NCBI RefSeq assembly: GCF_009914755.1
Contig: NC_060937.1
Length of the DNA stretch: 64,000 nt
Reading direction: 5' to 3' (one strand)
Source: the human T2T-CHM13v2.0 reference genome, Homo sapiens
The stretch's first letter is position 1. The number at the start of each line of letters is the position of its first letter. This document shows positions 28,368-42,389 of the stretch, in pieces. The notes below the pieces were generated by a model. The model did no database searches. It was given only the letters and a program-made list of their open reading frames with translations, and was not told the DNA's origin. Both the position numbers and the translations under genes were made by a program.

Positions 28368-28530
28368 GGATGAAGAGTACGGACTTTGTTATCAGGCAGA
28401 CGTGGATTCAAGTCCTGCTTCCACAATTAATAATATATATTACCTGGGCAAATGATTTAACTTCCCTCAGCTATAATTTCCTCATTAGTAAAATGGTTTT
28501 ACTTTAAGGACTTACTGAGATGCTTCTGTA
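28368..28530 (+). mobile_element. MIR SINE
   Basis: 'aagagtacggactttg..ggattcaagtcctgcttccac..cctgggcaaatgatttaacttccctcagc..tttcctcatt.gtaaaatgg'. Confidence 0.8.
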
Positions 28531-30254
28531 AATTGGCAATACTGTACCAAACATTGATTTTAGTCTAATGCTTCTGTTTTTATACACTATGGTTAGCAGT
28601 ATATTTGGTCTATAGTTGGCATTTGATAGTGTGAAAGTCTAGTTTTAACTTCAAATGTATTTTTGTTTGTGAATAAATGAAAAAAGACATTTCATTTTAT
28701 CTCTCTTAAATCCTTTGCCTTTAGTTAACATTATTTGATTTCTTGTTTCATGGGCCTTTCCATTAAAGATATGTTTATTTTTTGTTTGCTAAGGCAAATA
28801 TTGTCACGTATTAAAACAAATAGTTCATTTTCTACAGAAGAAAACAGAATTTTTAAAAATCCTATGAATAAAATGTTTTTAAATCTAATGACTAGACCTT
28901 GAGATATGACATTGCCAGAATTTTCAAAGTAGAACAATATTTATTTTAGCTCAAGCATATTTAGGATTGCAAAGTGGGTCTTAGCTGAATGTTAGTGTGG
29001 AATCTAACTCTGACTGAAACCATGCAGGTGTCTGGTGTGTATGCAGAGCCATTTCTAGAGGACTCTCTGTGGATAGCAAATCATTCATGTAGCTCTTTGA
29101 CAGGAAGAACTTTCTCCTTACACTTTCTGCATGGCAGGGTCTAGACTTTCCACATCTGGTAACACTGGAATCCAGTTTTGTTCAAACAACTTCGTGTTCT
29201 GAAGCAGGAAGAGTTAGAGTAAACTGCTTTCCAGGTAATCTATGGTGATTTTATTCTGGGAAATATTTACAAGTAAAATCTCTCTAATTGAGAGAAAGAC
29301 TATCTGCATGGAGAATATAATTTCAAGCCCTGTACTTAAAAGAAGACATTTGGGTTAACTAGAGTAATCCAATGCTGCTTTGAAGAATTCCGTAGACTAA
29401 TCTGTCTTATTCTGCAAACATATATATAAGAATTGTCATAAGAATTTTGAGATTTGAGTTTAATTTATATAAGTATAATTTTTATTATCAAAGTTACATG
29501 CAAAGAATTAAAAAGGCAAATTGTTCTACAAGACTTTTCATCGAAAATAATAGTCTCTTGATTCCTCTCCACTCTGAATTTCCTTCACCATTACCTGGTG
29601 CATTTCTTACCTTTCTCTGTGCATCTTGTTATCCCCTAATGCCATGTCTTCCTCTTCCTTGGATAATTTCCTTGTATGATGTAATATATCATCTAGTAAC
29701 TTCCAGACAAGGGGTACATGGAAGGAAAATATTTTGAGCATTTGCATGCTCCTAAATGTCATTGTTTTCCCTTGCAATTGATGGGTGGTTTGTCAGGATA
29801 TAGCTTTTTGGGTTGAAAGACATTTAAAGTGATTGTGGAAACACTGGTCCATTGTCTTTTAAATCTTAATATTCTTTTCGGGAAATTCAAATCTGTGCTC
29901 TCATTACCCAAGTTTTTCTGGGCTTTCGTGACCCAATCAGCCTGCTTCTAGGCTTCCCTAATTGATGGCATTTGGCATTCTCTGATAGGATAAGCCGAAC
30001 ACCACTGTTGAATGGTTTCACAGCTTCCAACAGTTGCTGAGAGGTCTTCTCCTATTGCCTGTGATCTCATGCCTCTTCCACAAAGGCATCAATCTGCAAG
30101 GACAAGATGGATTGAAGAAACAGTATAGAAACCACAAAGAGGAAAGAATGTTGAAGTTTTCAGGAAAGAAAGGATCTTCCCTGAGCCTAAAATGCAACTT
30201 TGGTGCTATAAGTCTGTCAAGTTTCTTAAGAGAAGAAAAGCTAACACTTTTTTG

Positions 30255-30410
30255 AATACCCATATGCTGGGTTGTTCACATATGTAATTTTATTTAGTCT
30301 CTCCAATAATTTTAATGTAAGATACAGGTGCTCAGAGAGATTTATCAATTTACTGTAAGAAATAAAATGCCAGAAATTGGATGCGGATTCCTTTCCCCAA
30401 AGACTAGAAT
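30255..30410 (-). mobile_element. MIR fragment
   Basis: 'ttcacatatgtaattttatttagtctct...aggtgctcagagagattta'. Confidence 0.5.
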
Positions 30411-32712
30411 AAAAGATCCTTGGTCTAAATAAAAATACAATGTCTAGAGCACAGAGATGAAGTCCTAACTCTGCTCTGTCTAGTCATGGCTCACATGTGT
30501 TCTGACCAATACAACAGGGATTTTTGCACCTTTATCCATTGTTCCAGGTGATTGAAAGCTTTTTGACACAAGGTATTTTTTTTTGTCAGTTTCATAGACT
30601 AGACACATGTCTATTGTATAGACTTCTTAAGGTAGCACAGAATCTTCTTTAGAAAAATCCTTGTAAGTTTATTTTTTTCTTTACTACAGTAATAATTTTC
30701 TATGGCACCAGTAGTGGTGAGGTTTGGGAATGTGTCTATTGGATAATATGTTACAACATTTTCGTACTCTTTCCCAATACTGGATATGAATCTACATTCC
30801 CATTAGCAGCCATCAGCAGTGTGATGTTTCTCAGAGAAACCTTTTATGAAACAGGGAAAAAAAATCACAAAATGTAAGAACATCAGAAGAGCAAGGCAGC
30901 AGAAACCACATCCTTAATTCAGAGTAAAGATGACATCTGAGAAATAAAGAAAAAAAAATTCTTCATTATAGGTGGAGAAGTTGGGAAAAGTTCATTCATT
31001 GTGTATAGGACTCATCAATGGAAAAAAAAAAATCTATAAACTGTGTGATAGTCCAACCACAGACTGTCATCAGACACACGTAGTCACCTGGTAAACACTT
31101 GTGGCTGGACAGAATGTGTTTCATTGCTGGGTGGGATTCTTCGGGGTTTATGCCTAACTTTTGATTCTCTTTCAGGTTTCAAGTTCTGTTCCACAATTTT
31201 CCAGTGACTCTACAAGCAGCAAAATCCATAAGCAAAAGGTTTGCACTAAAAACATAATCACCAATAAATATGTAGTATGTATTAATTTTGTGTTGTTTTA
31301 TTCTCTTCCTGCATGATATTTTAGGCAAAGAAAGTCTAAAAATTTTAATTTCACTACGTTGTTGAATGACAGGACGTGTCTGAGTTTTACTTCTAATATA
31401 TTGATTATTTGGTAAGGTATATTCTGATTTTCCTTCTGTTGTGGCATTTTTTCACCATGATATTAGTAGGGAAAATAAAATGCAATTTCCACTGGATATA
31501 AAGATAGATTACATATAAGTCAACTGATAGAATATAGCTTTTGGCCTCTTTCTCGTGATATAGCTGTTCTGTGCCTGATTTTTTTTTCCCCCCTTTGGTG
31601 GACCCCACTCCACACAAAAAAATCTGATCTCAAATAAGAAAAAAGAAAATTACCTATAATCTACTCCAGAAAAAAAATTACTGGAAACATTTGTATGAAT
31701 TTTTTTTTAAAACCCCCCAAAACACGATTAATTCATGCATGCAGGGAGAAAATCGGGGAAAAAATGATTTGTGCAAACCACACAACAGATACTATTGAAA
31801 TCTTGAATGTTGTAATCCAAAATGGTGGCTTGATCAGAAAATATGGAGACTACAAATTATACATTAAATAAGGAACATATTAAAGGTATAAAAATGAAAT
31901 TATAATATTAATTTTAAGCTAAAAAATTTTTTTAGACTGTAGTTGCAGAAGCAACTGGTAATTTGACAATCTCCCTTGGGATAGTTGATTAATCTGAGTG
32001 AAAATTCAAGTAACTTAGAAACCTCAGTGAAAATTCAAGTGACCTCTGTCCTTTTACTTCAAGTCCCAGGATGACAATGTCTCAATGGACACCTTGGAGA
32101 ATTTAGAGTCTCTTTCAACTTCAATAAACTCTGCAGTTAAGGTTGACTATTAAGATGCTGATCTTTGAAAAAGGGATGAGATCAAGAGTATGAGTGAATA
32201 AGTAGATGGGTGAATATACTATGGAGTCTTTGGCACCAAGAAGAAACTACGAGATCACCAAAAATAGCAATAAGATGATCCACTTCACAATTTGTACTAG
32301 GCTTAAGCACCATGAGGGACTGATCATCTCAGATTATTTGAGAAGGAAATGCACATTTATTCTGCTGCTTAACTGGTTTAGAGTCCTGGGCTGTGAAAAC
32401 ATGTGATCCATCTGGGCAAAACCAGCAATTTGGAGGTCAACTTGTTCTATAAGGTAGATTAGGAATAAAATTAATTTCCTCTTCCTCAGTATGAACGTAA
32501 GTTCTGATGATGTCACCATGGGGTTGGTTGCAACTTTTCACTCATGCCACCGGGGATAACAACTAAATCGCTCAACTTTGGTGAGTCTATTCTTTCATTG
32601 CTTAGGTATAGAGAGAGGAAATGTAATAACTCACATGTTTGGTGGGTACTATGGAGATCCCTGATATCTATTCCAGGGATAGATAGACGACTGTCAGCCA
32701 GTCCTCTATTAG

Positions 32713-33029
<317 letters not shown>

Positions 33030-33278
33030 TCTCTTTCTTTTTCTTTTTCTTTTTTTTCTCTTTAAGGGGCATATACAATTACATCTTTGGGGGGAAGTTC
33101 TCATTCTTAGGAACTGTTTTTCTTTTTAAAATTAAGTATAGTAACAACTTTTGACCATCAATTACGAATGGAATCACAGTGATACACTGCTTATTGAACC
33201 TGATCTCATTAGCACCTTTAGCTTTGGCAGTATAATTTTGAGCCATGTTGAAGGAAATGGGATTTTATCAATTTTTTA

Positions 33279-33620
<342 letters not shown>

Positions 33621-33749
33621 CTACATGATATGAGAGATTAAGTGTATATTTCTGAGATATTGATTTTTGCCACATTTATAACAGCCCTGCTCGACACAAA
33701 TCTGTCACACCAGCCAACTAAGAAAAATTGTTTTCACCCATTCTGAGGA

Positions 33750-33892
33750 CAGGGATGGATTCTGGTTTTGTAGGGCTTACAGTTTCATAATATGGAGTGA
33801 TCCTTTGTAGTAAGGACAGGGTCTTAGAAGTCTGCACAAATGAGATGTCTTAAAGCTTAAATTTTATTAACTTTGCAGCAAATATGCCTCTT
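33750..33892. mobile_element. Short hAT-type MITE (MER96B-like)
   Basis: 'cagggatggattctggttttgtagggcttacagttt...aagcttaaattttattaactttgcagcaaatatgcctct' with degenerate terminal inverted ends. Confidence 0.45.
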
Positions 33893-34199
33893 CCTGGGAT
33901 TTGCATTTTATCTTGTTTTTTCCTGCAATCAGAATGAAATGAAGATTCTTATATATGGGCATTTTCCTCACTTAGAATTCTGAAAGGATTTTGTTTTGCT
34001 TTGCAAGAAAATATTGAATTGTGGCTTTTCTTCCTACAATGTTATTTGCTTTATTAATATCAAATTTACTCCCTGCTGTTTTTTCAATGACTCTAAGAAC
34101 AAAATAACAATAAGTGTAATATTTTGAAGATATTTTAGACGCAATTATATCAAGTATGTGTGGGACTAACGGATCACATAAATAATGGCATAGATATAA

Positions 34200-34358
34200 G
34201 CAAGTTCACACATGTGAGATGTGAGACAGTGACAATTTCACCATAAGAGCTGCCTAGGTGATAGTGATTGTAGTCATCATTGGTTATGAGATGCTTCCTG
34301 ATTTCAGGGATGTTAAAATATTGAAGAATATGTACAAGTTAGAATTGATGAAATATGA
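34200..34358. mobile_element. TcMar-Tc2 (MER104/Kanga-like) end
   Basis: 'gatgcttcctgatttcagggatgttaaaat..ttagaattgatgaaatatg'. Confidence 0.55.
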
Positions 34359-34419
34359 TAATTCTTTTGTGTTGGATTTATAGTTTGACTTTTCTATTGA
34401 AACTTTTAAGTTTTAATGA

Positions 34420-34612
34420 TTTTTTTAGAGCTTCATTGAGATATAATTTTCAACTCATAAAGCTCACTTAAATATTTATGATTTAATCATTTTTAGCTCA
34501 TTTACAGGCTTGTGCAAGCATCATCATAATATAATTTTAGAATATTTTTATTATCCATCAAAAAAACCTCGTATCCATTAGCAATTGCTCTCCCTTTCCC
34601 TTTCTCTCCCAG
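34420..34612 (-). mobile_element. L1MB-type 3' end
   Basis: 'agcttcattgagatataatt...ttgtgcaagcatcatcataatataattttagaatattttta'. Confidence 0.75.
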
Positions 34613-36289
34613 ATTTAATGACTATTTTATTTAAATATTTTAATTTGTTTTATTTACATACACACTTGTTTTATTTTGCCTATTTTCATTTTATAATTTG
34701 TTGCTTAAATTTAAAAAATAGCTATTTGAGGACCCTACACTCTGATTGACATTTCTTGTCCATTTGAGAGGAGCGATTCTTCTCATTGTTAATTTTGTTG
34801 GCTTTCTTAGCATTAGTTTTCATCACATGTTTTGAGATACGGGTGAGTGCGGGACTATGTTGTCTTAAAGTTTGTTCTTCCCTCTCCCTTTTTCTTTGAG
34901 CTCATTCTCATGTCTCTGTTGGTCTTAGAAGTTACGTTTTGATTGCCAGCTTCATGCCCCATCTGAAAGTGATAACAGTATTGTAGACCTAGGCACTGAA
35001 CCAGTGGGTAGGTTGGCTCAGGTGTATGTTGTGAAGTTACTTCTGCTTCTTCTAGTTTATAGACGTAGATTTACTTATGCCATAGCCTAGAAATAATATG
35101 GCCAGTTGGTTTAGCAACTTCTTATGAAGAAGGAAGCTTTACTTCAGTCCCTAGTATTAAACACTGGGCCTGATTCTCACTGCAATTTTAGTACTGTTAT
35201 CCATAGAAAATGAATTTCTGGCAGCTTCTCCTGCCTTCAGACCTAGAATTGACCTCAGCAGACATGGATGCAGCCCTGCCTACCATCTTAAATGTTTATT
35301 CAATTTGTTGTCATGATTATATTTATTGTATTTTAAATCGTATTTATATCTCTTTACTTTTAAAGATGCCATCTATTAATACTATGTATGTCACAGTGTG
35401 TGTGTATGTATGTGTGCATATGGGGGTTATTTGTATCTGATGCCTCAAAGCAAGACATTAAAAGACTATTATAACTCTAAATCAGAAAAGTTTCTAAGCT
35501 GTCACCTGATCCTGGAGCTACAGGCTTCTCTCTGATTGCCTTGGGAATGTTTTAGATTCCCTGCTATGCTGTTGCTATGTTTAAACAATTTTGTCTTTGA
35601 TTTTTTTAAAAGTCTAGTTTTTAGTTTCTGGTTTTGGTTTGTCAAAAAATAAAAATCTGATAAAATTTTTTATGTGGGACCTAGCAGGCATAATTTTGTT
35701 GCTTTAAAAATGACTATATCAGTAGTATGTAGGATGCCTTAAAGTGGAAGAATGTAAGGTTAGAAAACTTGCAAAGATGTTGTTGTATTAGTCTGAATTA
35801 CTAAGGATATGGAAAAATTATTAGCAATGAAAGGGCGACACTGAATATCAAGAGAAATGAATGAATTATTAGCTATCCTAGCACTGGAAAAGATGACGAC
35901 AATTGTCTAATTCCCACTTTCTCTACGATTTAATTCATCTCTCCTAGTTTATGAGTCTAATTATATTAAGAACAACAACAAAAAAAGACCCAGCCCATAG
36001 AAGGTGATTAAAATTAGAGAAACTAAGAAATAGACACATAGGATCCAGGATTGAAATCAGGTAATCGGGTTTCAATATCCAATTCATTTCATGATTCAAT
36101 GAGGCTTTAAAACATTTTTATTTTTTGAATAGAACCTCCATGGAACAATCTAAAATGCATTCTTTATTCTGTCACAGTATCCTGTCACATATGAACGATT
36201 CCCATGACCCTTATCAAGTTATTCTTTGTCTTAGATGGTTTCCCATTTTAGGACATTGATGTCAGCTTCATGGGTGTAAGAACACTGAA

Positions 36290-36480
36290 CAGACATGTTA
36301 GAACATTTTATACCCGGGATATTGTCATTTCTTGCAGAGGTATAAGTCAACCTTGCCCTGGAGACTAGTTTTAGAATGTTATGTGTTCTGTTTTGTTTTA
36401 TTTTTAGGAAAGTGAGATCAAGTGGCAAAGCTATTAAGCTTTGCTCATTACTGAACAAAAACTAGAACTCAAGTCTCTTT
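36290..36480 (-). mobile_element. MIR fragment
   Basis: 'gtcattttcttgcagagg' and 'actagaactcaagtct' with intervening sequence. Confidence 0.35.
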
Positions 36481-36769
36481 GCACAAACTTTCTGCAGGGG
36501 TTTCCTCCTTTAGTTTTGCTGTTTTCTCATGGGGAATATCTTCTCCTTTCTGACTAAATCTTTCATGTAACTCATCCTGATAATGGTAGCCAAAATTGCT
36601 TTTTCTCATTCTTTCCTATTCTTACTTAGGTAGCTAATGAATGTTTTGGAGTTTCATTATGACCTCTCCTATTATTTAGTAGACTTTCATATTTGTCTTG
36701 TTTGCACCTAGACTGTCATACACATTAACTTTAGATATCACTGCCTGCATTAAAATGCACTAATTTTAG

Positions 36770-39420
36770 CATGTAATTTGATGTCTTTTGACAAAGTCCA
36801 ACCTACTGTTATTTTTTTCTTTTATGCATCATGTTTTTGGTGTTGTATATGCATCATAATTTTTCTCTTATGTTTCCTTCTAGTAATGGTTCTAACTTTG
36901 TTGAAAAGACTTCTTTTTCTATTGAACTAACTTTGCAACTTTGTCAAAAATCGGTTGTCTATATTTGTGTTGTTGGGTGAACATTCATTTATGCTTGATA
37001 CATCTTGATGATTTGATATCTTTATTATATCATTATGAAATGTTCCCTTTCATCCCTGGTAATATTTTCTATTCTAGTATCTTCTTTGTTTAGTATTTTT
37101 TTAAAATAAATTTTATAGTGCATATTTAAGCTTTTGCTTGGTATTAATATAGCTGCTACAGCTCTCTTATTATTAATGTTTACATGTTGGAGCTGATTAT
37201 ATCCCTGTGTTTTCACCTAGGTCTATGTGTGTGTGTGTATGCATGCACACACGTGTGCAGAGTTTAAATTTATATTACAGCAAATACTGAGGCCTTGCTT
37301 TTATGACCTGACTGATGTTCCAGACTTTACAATTTGCATCTTTAAATTATCACTGTATATCTCCACATAAGAATGTACCATTTCACATATATGGTAAGAA
37401 CCTTGTAACAGCAGTCTCCTGTTTCTCCCTCTCTTCCTTTTTGCTGTTGTCGTCATGTATTTTACCTCTTTATAAAAATGACACAATACAATGTTTCTAA
37501 CTTTTAAGCAGTTAATCATATATTAAAGGATTTAAAAAGCAAGAAGATAAGTCTATTGCATTTATCCATGTATGCACCATTTCCAGCACTTTTAATTTCT
37601 TTATATAGATCCAAGTTTCTATTAAGAGTCATTTTGCTCTTGGCTGTATAACTGATTTATGATTTATTGTAGTGTAAATCCGGCAACAAATAATCCCAGC
37701 TTTCATCAGTCTGAAAGTGTCTTTATATAGTATTCAGTTTTGAAGGATATTGTTTTTGGCTACACAATTCTAGCTTTGCTTTCTCATTTTCTTTCTACTT
37801 ACAAAGTTTCTCATGAAGATTCAGTGGTAGTTTTTAAAAAAATATTCAACTTTTAAGTTCAGGGGTACATGTGCAGGAAGTGCAGGTTTGTTACACAGGC
37901 AAACGCGTGCCAAGGTTTGCTGCACAGATCATCCCATCACCTAAGTATTAAGTCCGGCATCCATTAATTATTCTTCCTGATGCTCTCTCTCCCCCAACCC
38001 TCCCCAGAAGACACCAGTCTGTGTTGCCCCTCTCCATGTATCCATGTGTTTTCATCATTCAGCTCCTATTTATAAGTGAGAACAAGTGGTATTTGGTTTT
38101 CTGAGCCTGTGTTAGTTTGCTGAGGATAATGGCTTCCAGCTCCATCCATGTCCCTGCAAAGGACATAATCTCATTCCTTTTTATGGCTGCATAGTATTCC
38201 ATGGTGTATATGTGCCAGATTCTGTGATAATTCCTATAACCGGTTTTTTTTTTTAATGGTTTTGACCGATGTAAGGCTTTTTTCATTACCACTGATTTCC
38301 AGCAGTTTAATTGTAATGTATCCTGGTGTGAATTATTTTGTCTTTATTCTGCTGTGGTTGATCTTATTTGATCTATAGGTTGATAGTTTAAACATATTTT
38401 TAAAATTATTATTATTATTATTATTAATTCAGATAATTTTTGCCTACCTCTCTGTCATTGACACATACAGATTTTCTGAGGTGCCAACTACATGCATGTT
38501 AGGTCACTTATTTTCCCACTGGTCACTGAAGCTCTGCCCATTTTTTCCCATTGTTTTCTCCCCTTGTTTTACTTTTGTTAGTTTCTACTGTTATGTCTTC
38601 AAATTCAATGATCTATTCTTCTATAATATCTAATCTACAATTTATCCCATCTAGGAATTTTCCATTGTGGACATTTGTTTTCATTCTTTTATTTTTAAAT
38701 AGCTTGCATTTCCTCGTAACATTTTTCTTTTAAATCCTTAAGGGTATTTTGGCTAATACTTTAACAACTTTCACTTTGGGGTTGATTCTGTTGACTGATT
38801 ATTTTCCTACTGGCAAGTTACCTTTTCCTGCTTCGTGGTATATCTAGCAATTTTTGATTTGGTACTATATATTGTAAATGTCATGCATTTCAGTGTCTGA
38901 ATTTTTACCTTTTTAAAAAGAATGTTAGACTTTGATCTGGTCGAAGGATAAGTTACTTACAGATAAGTTTTATCTTTCTGCATCTTGATGTTAAGTTTTT
39001 ACAAGACAGGTCTATAATAAGCTTATTCTAGAGATACTTAAACCCCATGACTATGGTGCAATGTTTTTGGGGCTTTTACTAACTATGCTGGGTAACCCAT
39101 GAGACCTCTCGCTCTGGTTAGTGGGAGTTCAAATGTCTCCTTGCCCTTTTCTACCTCTGAAAATTTGCACCTTAATCGTAATTTTCTTGGTCTTATGGAG
39201 TTTAAGCTATACATACCTGGGTGGGTATTTAATGCAGATTCAAAGATACTCCATTCTAATTTTTGAATCTTGTTCGCTGCATAGTCCCTTGTAATTTCAT
39301 CTGTCAAAATTTTGACTTTAAACATTGTATACTGAGTTATAACATTTCTATATGATTATTTTTCATAGTTTTTATAGCTCTCCTTTAATTGTCTATCTCT
39401 TTACAAATCCAATGTTTCCA
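36770..39420 (-). mobile_element. Old L1M (ORF2 5' part/ORF1) fragments
   Basis: Minus-strand INNKRAVAAILI..ITRDEREHFIMI (L1 endonuclease region) and T-rich ORF1-like sequence. Confidence 0.7.
37834..38216 (-). mobile_element. L1PA 3' fragment nested in old L1M
   Basis: 'ttttaagttcaggggtacatgtgcagg...gtttgctgaggataatggcttccagctccatcc'; degenerate TSD agattc(a/t)gtg(g/a)ta(g/a)tt. Confidence 0.92.
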
Positions 39421-39472
39421 AATCATTTGATGGAACATAGAGTTACCCTATGACAGCATGTTTAGGCTATAT

Positions 39473-39780
39473 ATATATATTTTTTTCTTGTTCAGTTTTT
39501 TAGAGACAGGGTCTCACCCTGTCACCCAGCTTGGAGTGCAGTGGCGCGACCTCAGCCTACTGCCACCTCTACCTCCTGGGTTCAAGCAATTCTCCCCCTC
39601 AGCCTCCCAAGTAGCTGGGATTACAGGTATACGTCACTACATCAAGCTAATTTTTGTATTTTTTGTAGAGACAGAGTTTCACCATGTTGGCTAGGCTGGT
39701 TTCAGACTCCTGACCTCAAGTGACCCGCTGTCTTGGCTTCCCAAAGTGCTGGGAGTACAGGCTGAGCCAACGTGCCCAGC
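39473..39780 (-). mobile_element. Alu (J/early S)
   Basis: Reverse dimer; TSD cat(g/a)tttaggctatat at 39457-39472 and 39781-39796. Confidence 0.95.
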
Positions 39781-41449
39781 CATATTTAGGCTATATTTGT
39801 GTCATTGCATGTGTTAAGGGTTATGGATGGAGGAGGCTAATTAGTCATATCCCTTCTTTTCAGGTTCCAACAAAGTGGGAAACAGACAAGCAATCAGATT
39901 AGGGTGAAAATTCAGCTACTAGTAGTAAAAATGGGCTGTATACTGTGACCCGTCCTGTCCTAGGCCATACAACTGGAGAGTTCTTCATGACAATGGGAGC
40001 CAATAAAATGCAAGGGGGTGGGCGAGGAAGAGATGGCAAGTTCCTTGTAGAACCAAGGGGTTCTGTCAGACACTAATATTGTCCATTTCCTTAGGTCACA
40101 CTTTTATGGAAAAGGATGAATGAGTGGTGGAGATGGAATAAAAGCTTCTTCCCAAGGATTTTATCAAGACAGTGGAAGACTGAGGAGAGACTGAAGGGAG
40201 TGGAAGGAAATATTGTGTCTTCTAATATCCATCTTGCTCAAACAAAGTTGGCTGAATTAAGGCTCTGCTTGTTAACTGTCAATCACAATCTATTATGAAA
40301 TATAAGAAAAATGACTAGCAATAAAAAATGTAGTTAAATTGTGTTAAAATTCAAGTTAGTAACTTCTGTTTTAATATTTACATGTTTGAATTTTTCAAGT
40401 ATCTTGGAATTTTTAAGAAGTTAAATCATCAGAATAATTAGTTGCTATATTTATACTGTAAAAGTAAATAAATGGAATTTTTAAAAATTGCTTGTAATTT
40501 AAAATTATGGATTCTTATAGTAAGTTTTATTATATTTTATTTTATTAACTTTGTGTTTTATTATATATTTATATTTAGTTATATATTTAATTATGTTAAA
40601 TTATGCATTTATTTTTTATTAGTATTATTTTTTATTGGCTGAAGGGAGAAGAAATAAATATTACACCCCCCGAAACCTAACAATAAAATTCAGATATTAA
40701 CATGCATACATTTATATGAGGTTACAGTTCAATATTGGGCTCATTTAAAAAACAATTAATAGACATGGCTAAAAGAGTGATGATCAACTCCCACAAAAGA
40801 CAGCACAAACTATCTAGTGTTAAGAAGAGTATACACCAAAATCTTGAAACATAATATTGAAATCCATTTTTAAATTATAGAAAAAGAAGAGTGGAGTCAT
40901 AATTATAGCAAAGATGTAAATCTGCAACTCCATGTTTTTTCTTTAATGTGGGTCTGGAAATATATAAGAAGTGTATATACTTCAATTTCCTATGCTTCAG
41001 TTTAAATGATTCTAAATTGAAATTCAAATATCATGTTTACTGTCATGAAAAGTTTTACAGTCTACAAGAACTTACTTTAAATAGGAACAAGGCCAGTCCT
41101 TGCATTAGGGAAGTACTAATGGTCTAGACCAATTCCACTGCCCTGAGATATCCACAGAAGCATCTATTTTTTCATGATTATTGTTCCATTCTTTCAGGAC
41201 CTCAATGTCTTCTCTTTCTATAAAATCTCTTTTAAAACAGAAATAATCCATGGAGGAGTCCTACATTCAGATATTGCTAGGTAACTTAAATGATTAAGCA
41301 AGATTTTAGAAAGAACTGATTAGATGCTTTGGAGTAAGAAGGGCCAAAATAGCCTTCCAGAGAAGGGCACAAGGGCACTAACAGAACAGGAAAAAGTGCC
41401 AATTCATTTTGATATATTTCAGTGTTCTATGAAGAAGAAAATGGCAACC

Positions 41450-41735
41450 TAAAATAAACGATAATACGACTATATACAGAAAATCAATAAAATGCCCTTT
41501 TAGAAGTATTATCAGTGAAAAAATGTTTGTTTACAATATGTCATAAAGTGAAAAAGGAATTATTAAAAAGTGCCACATTGTGATTGCATATTTTGTTGAA
41601 ATATGTGCATACACATATGAATAGAAAAAAATGGAAAATATATACACTAAAAAATGTGTGTTAGCACTGAAGAGTTCAATACATTTGTGCTTGATATTTT
41701 AAAATTTTTGAAGCCTGTATTACTTTTGTAATCTT
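41450..41735 (+). mobile_element. L1ME-type 3' UTR
   Basis: 'aaagtgaaaaagg..ggaaaatatatacactaaaa...gtattacttttgtaatc'. Confidence 0.55.
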
Positions 41736-41744
41736 TTATCATGT

Positions 41745-41925
41745 AAATGTTTTAATTGAACTATAATAAAAATTTACAAAAGTGCATAAATCATAAATGT
41801 ATAGATCAGTGGCTTTTTAAGAATTAACTATACCAAAGTACTCAACACCCAAATCAAGAAACAGACTTTATCAGCACCTCAGAGGCAACTCCCTCCTCAT
41901 CCCTGACCCCTTGCAATTGACTGTC
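41745..41925 (-). mobile_element. L1M 3' end
   Basis: 'aaaagtgcataaatcataaatgtatagatcagtg...cacccaaatcaagaaacagac..atcagcacctcagagg'. Confidence 0.65.
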
Positions 41926-42198
41926 CTGTAATAGTTTTATTAAAGGTTTTAACATCAGTCTCAGGTAGATGTCTTATGTGAACATGTGGTATTATGTTTG
42001 TGTGCAAATCACTAAATTCCCTTTGTGGTTATTCTCATACATACGGAGTTCACAAAATTTCAAATATTTAATTGAATAAGTATTTGTGAATGTATTTTGT
42101 AAGACCTAAAATACATCATACAAATACAAATGCTAGTAATTATTATTTTAAACTTCTGTGACCTGGTACGCAAAGCCCATTAACTGTCTTTATTTATG

Positions 42199-42389
42199 AT
42201 TTCTTTCCTCACTCCTTTCTCTCTCCCTCCCTCCCTTACTCTCTCTCCCTTTCTCTCTCTTTCTCCCTTTTCTTCTCTCTCTTCTTTCCCCTTCCTTCCT
42301 TCCTTCCTTTCTCTTTCTCTTTTTCTCTTTCTTTTGTTCTTTCTTTCTTCCTTTATTTCTTTCTTCCTTTCTTTCTTTTTCTTTCTTTT
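42199..42389. repeat. ~190-bp polypyrimidine (CT/CTTT/CCTT) tract
   Basis: Almost exclusively C/T on the + strand. Confidence 0.95.
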
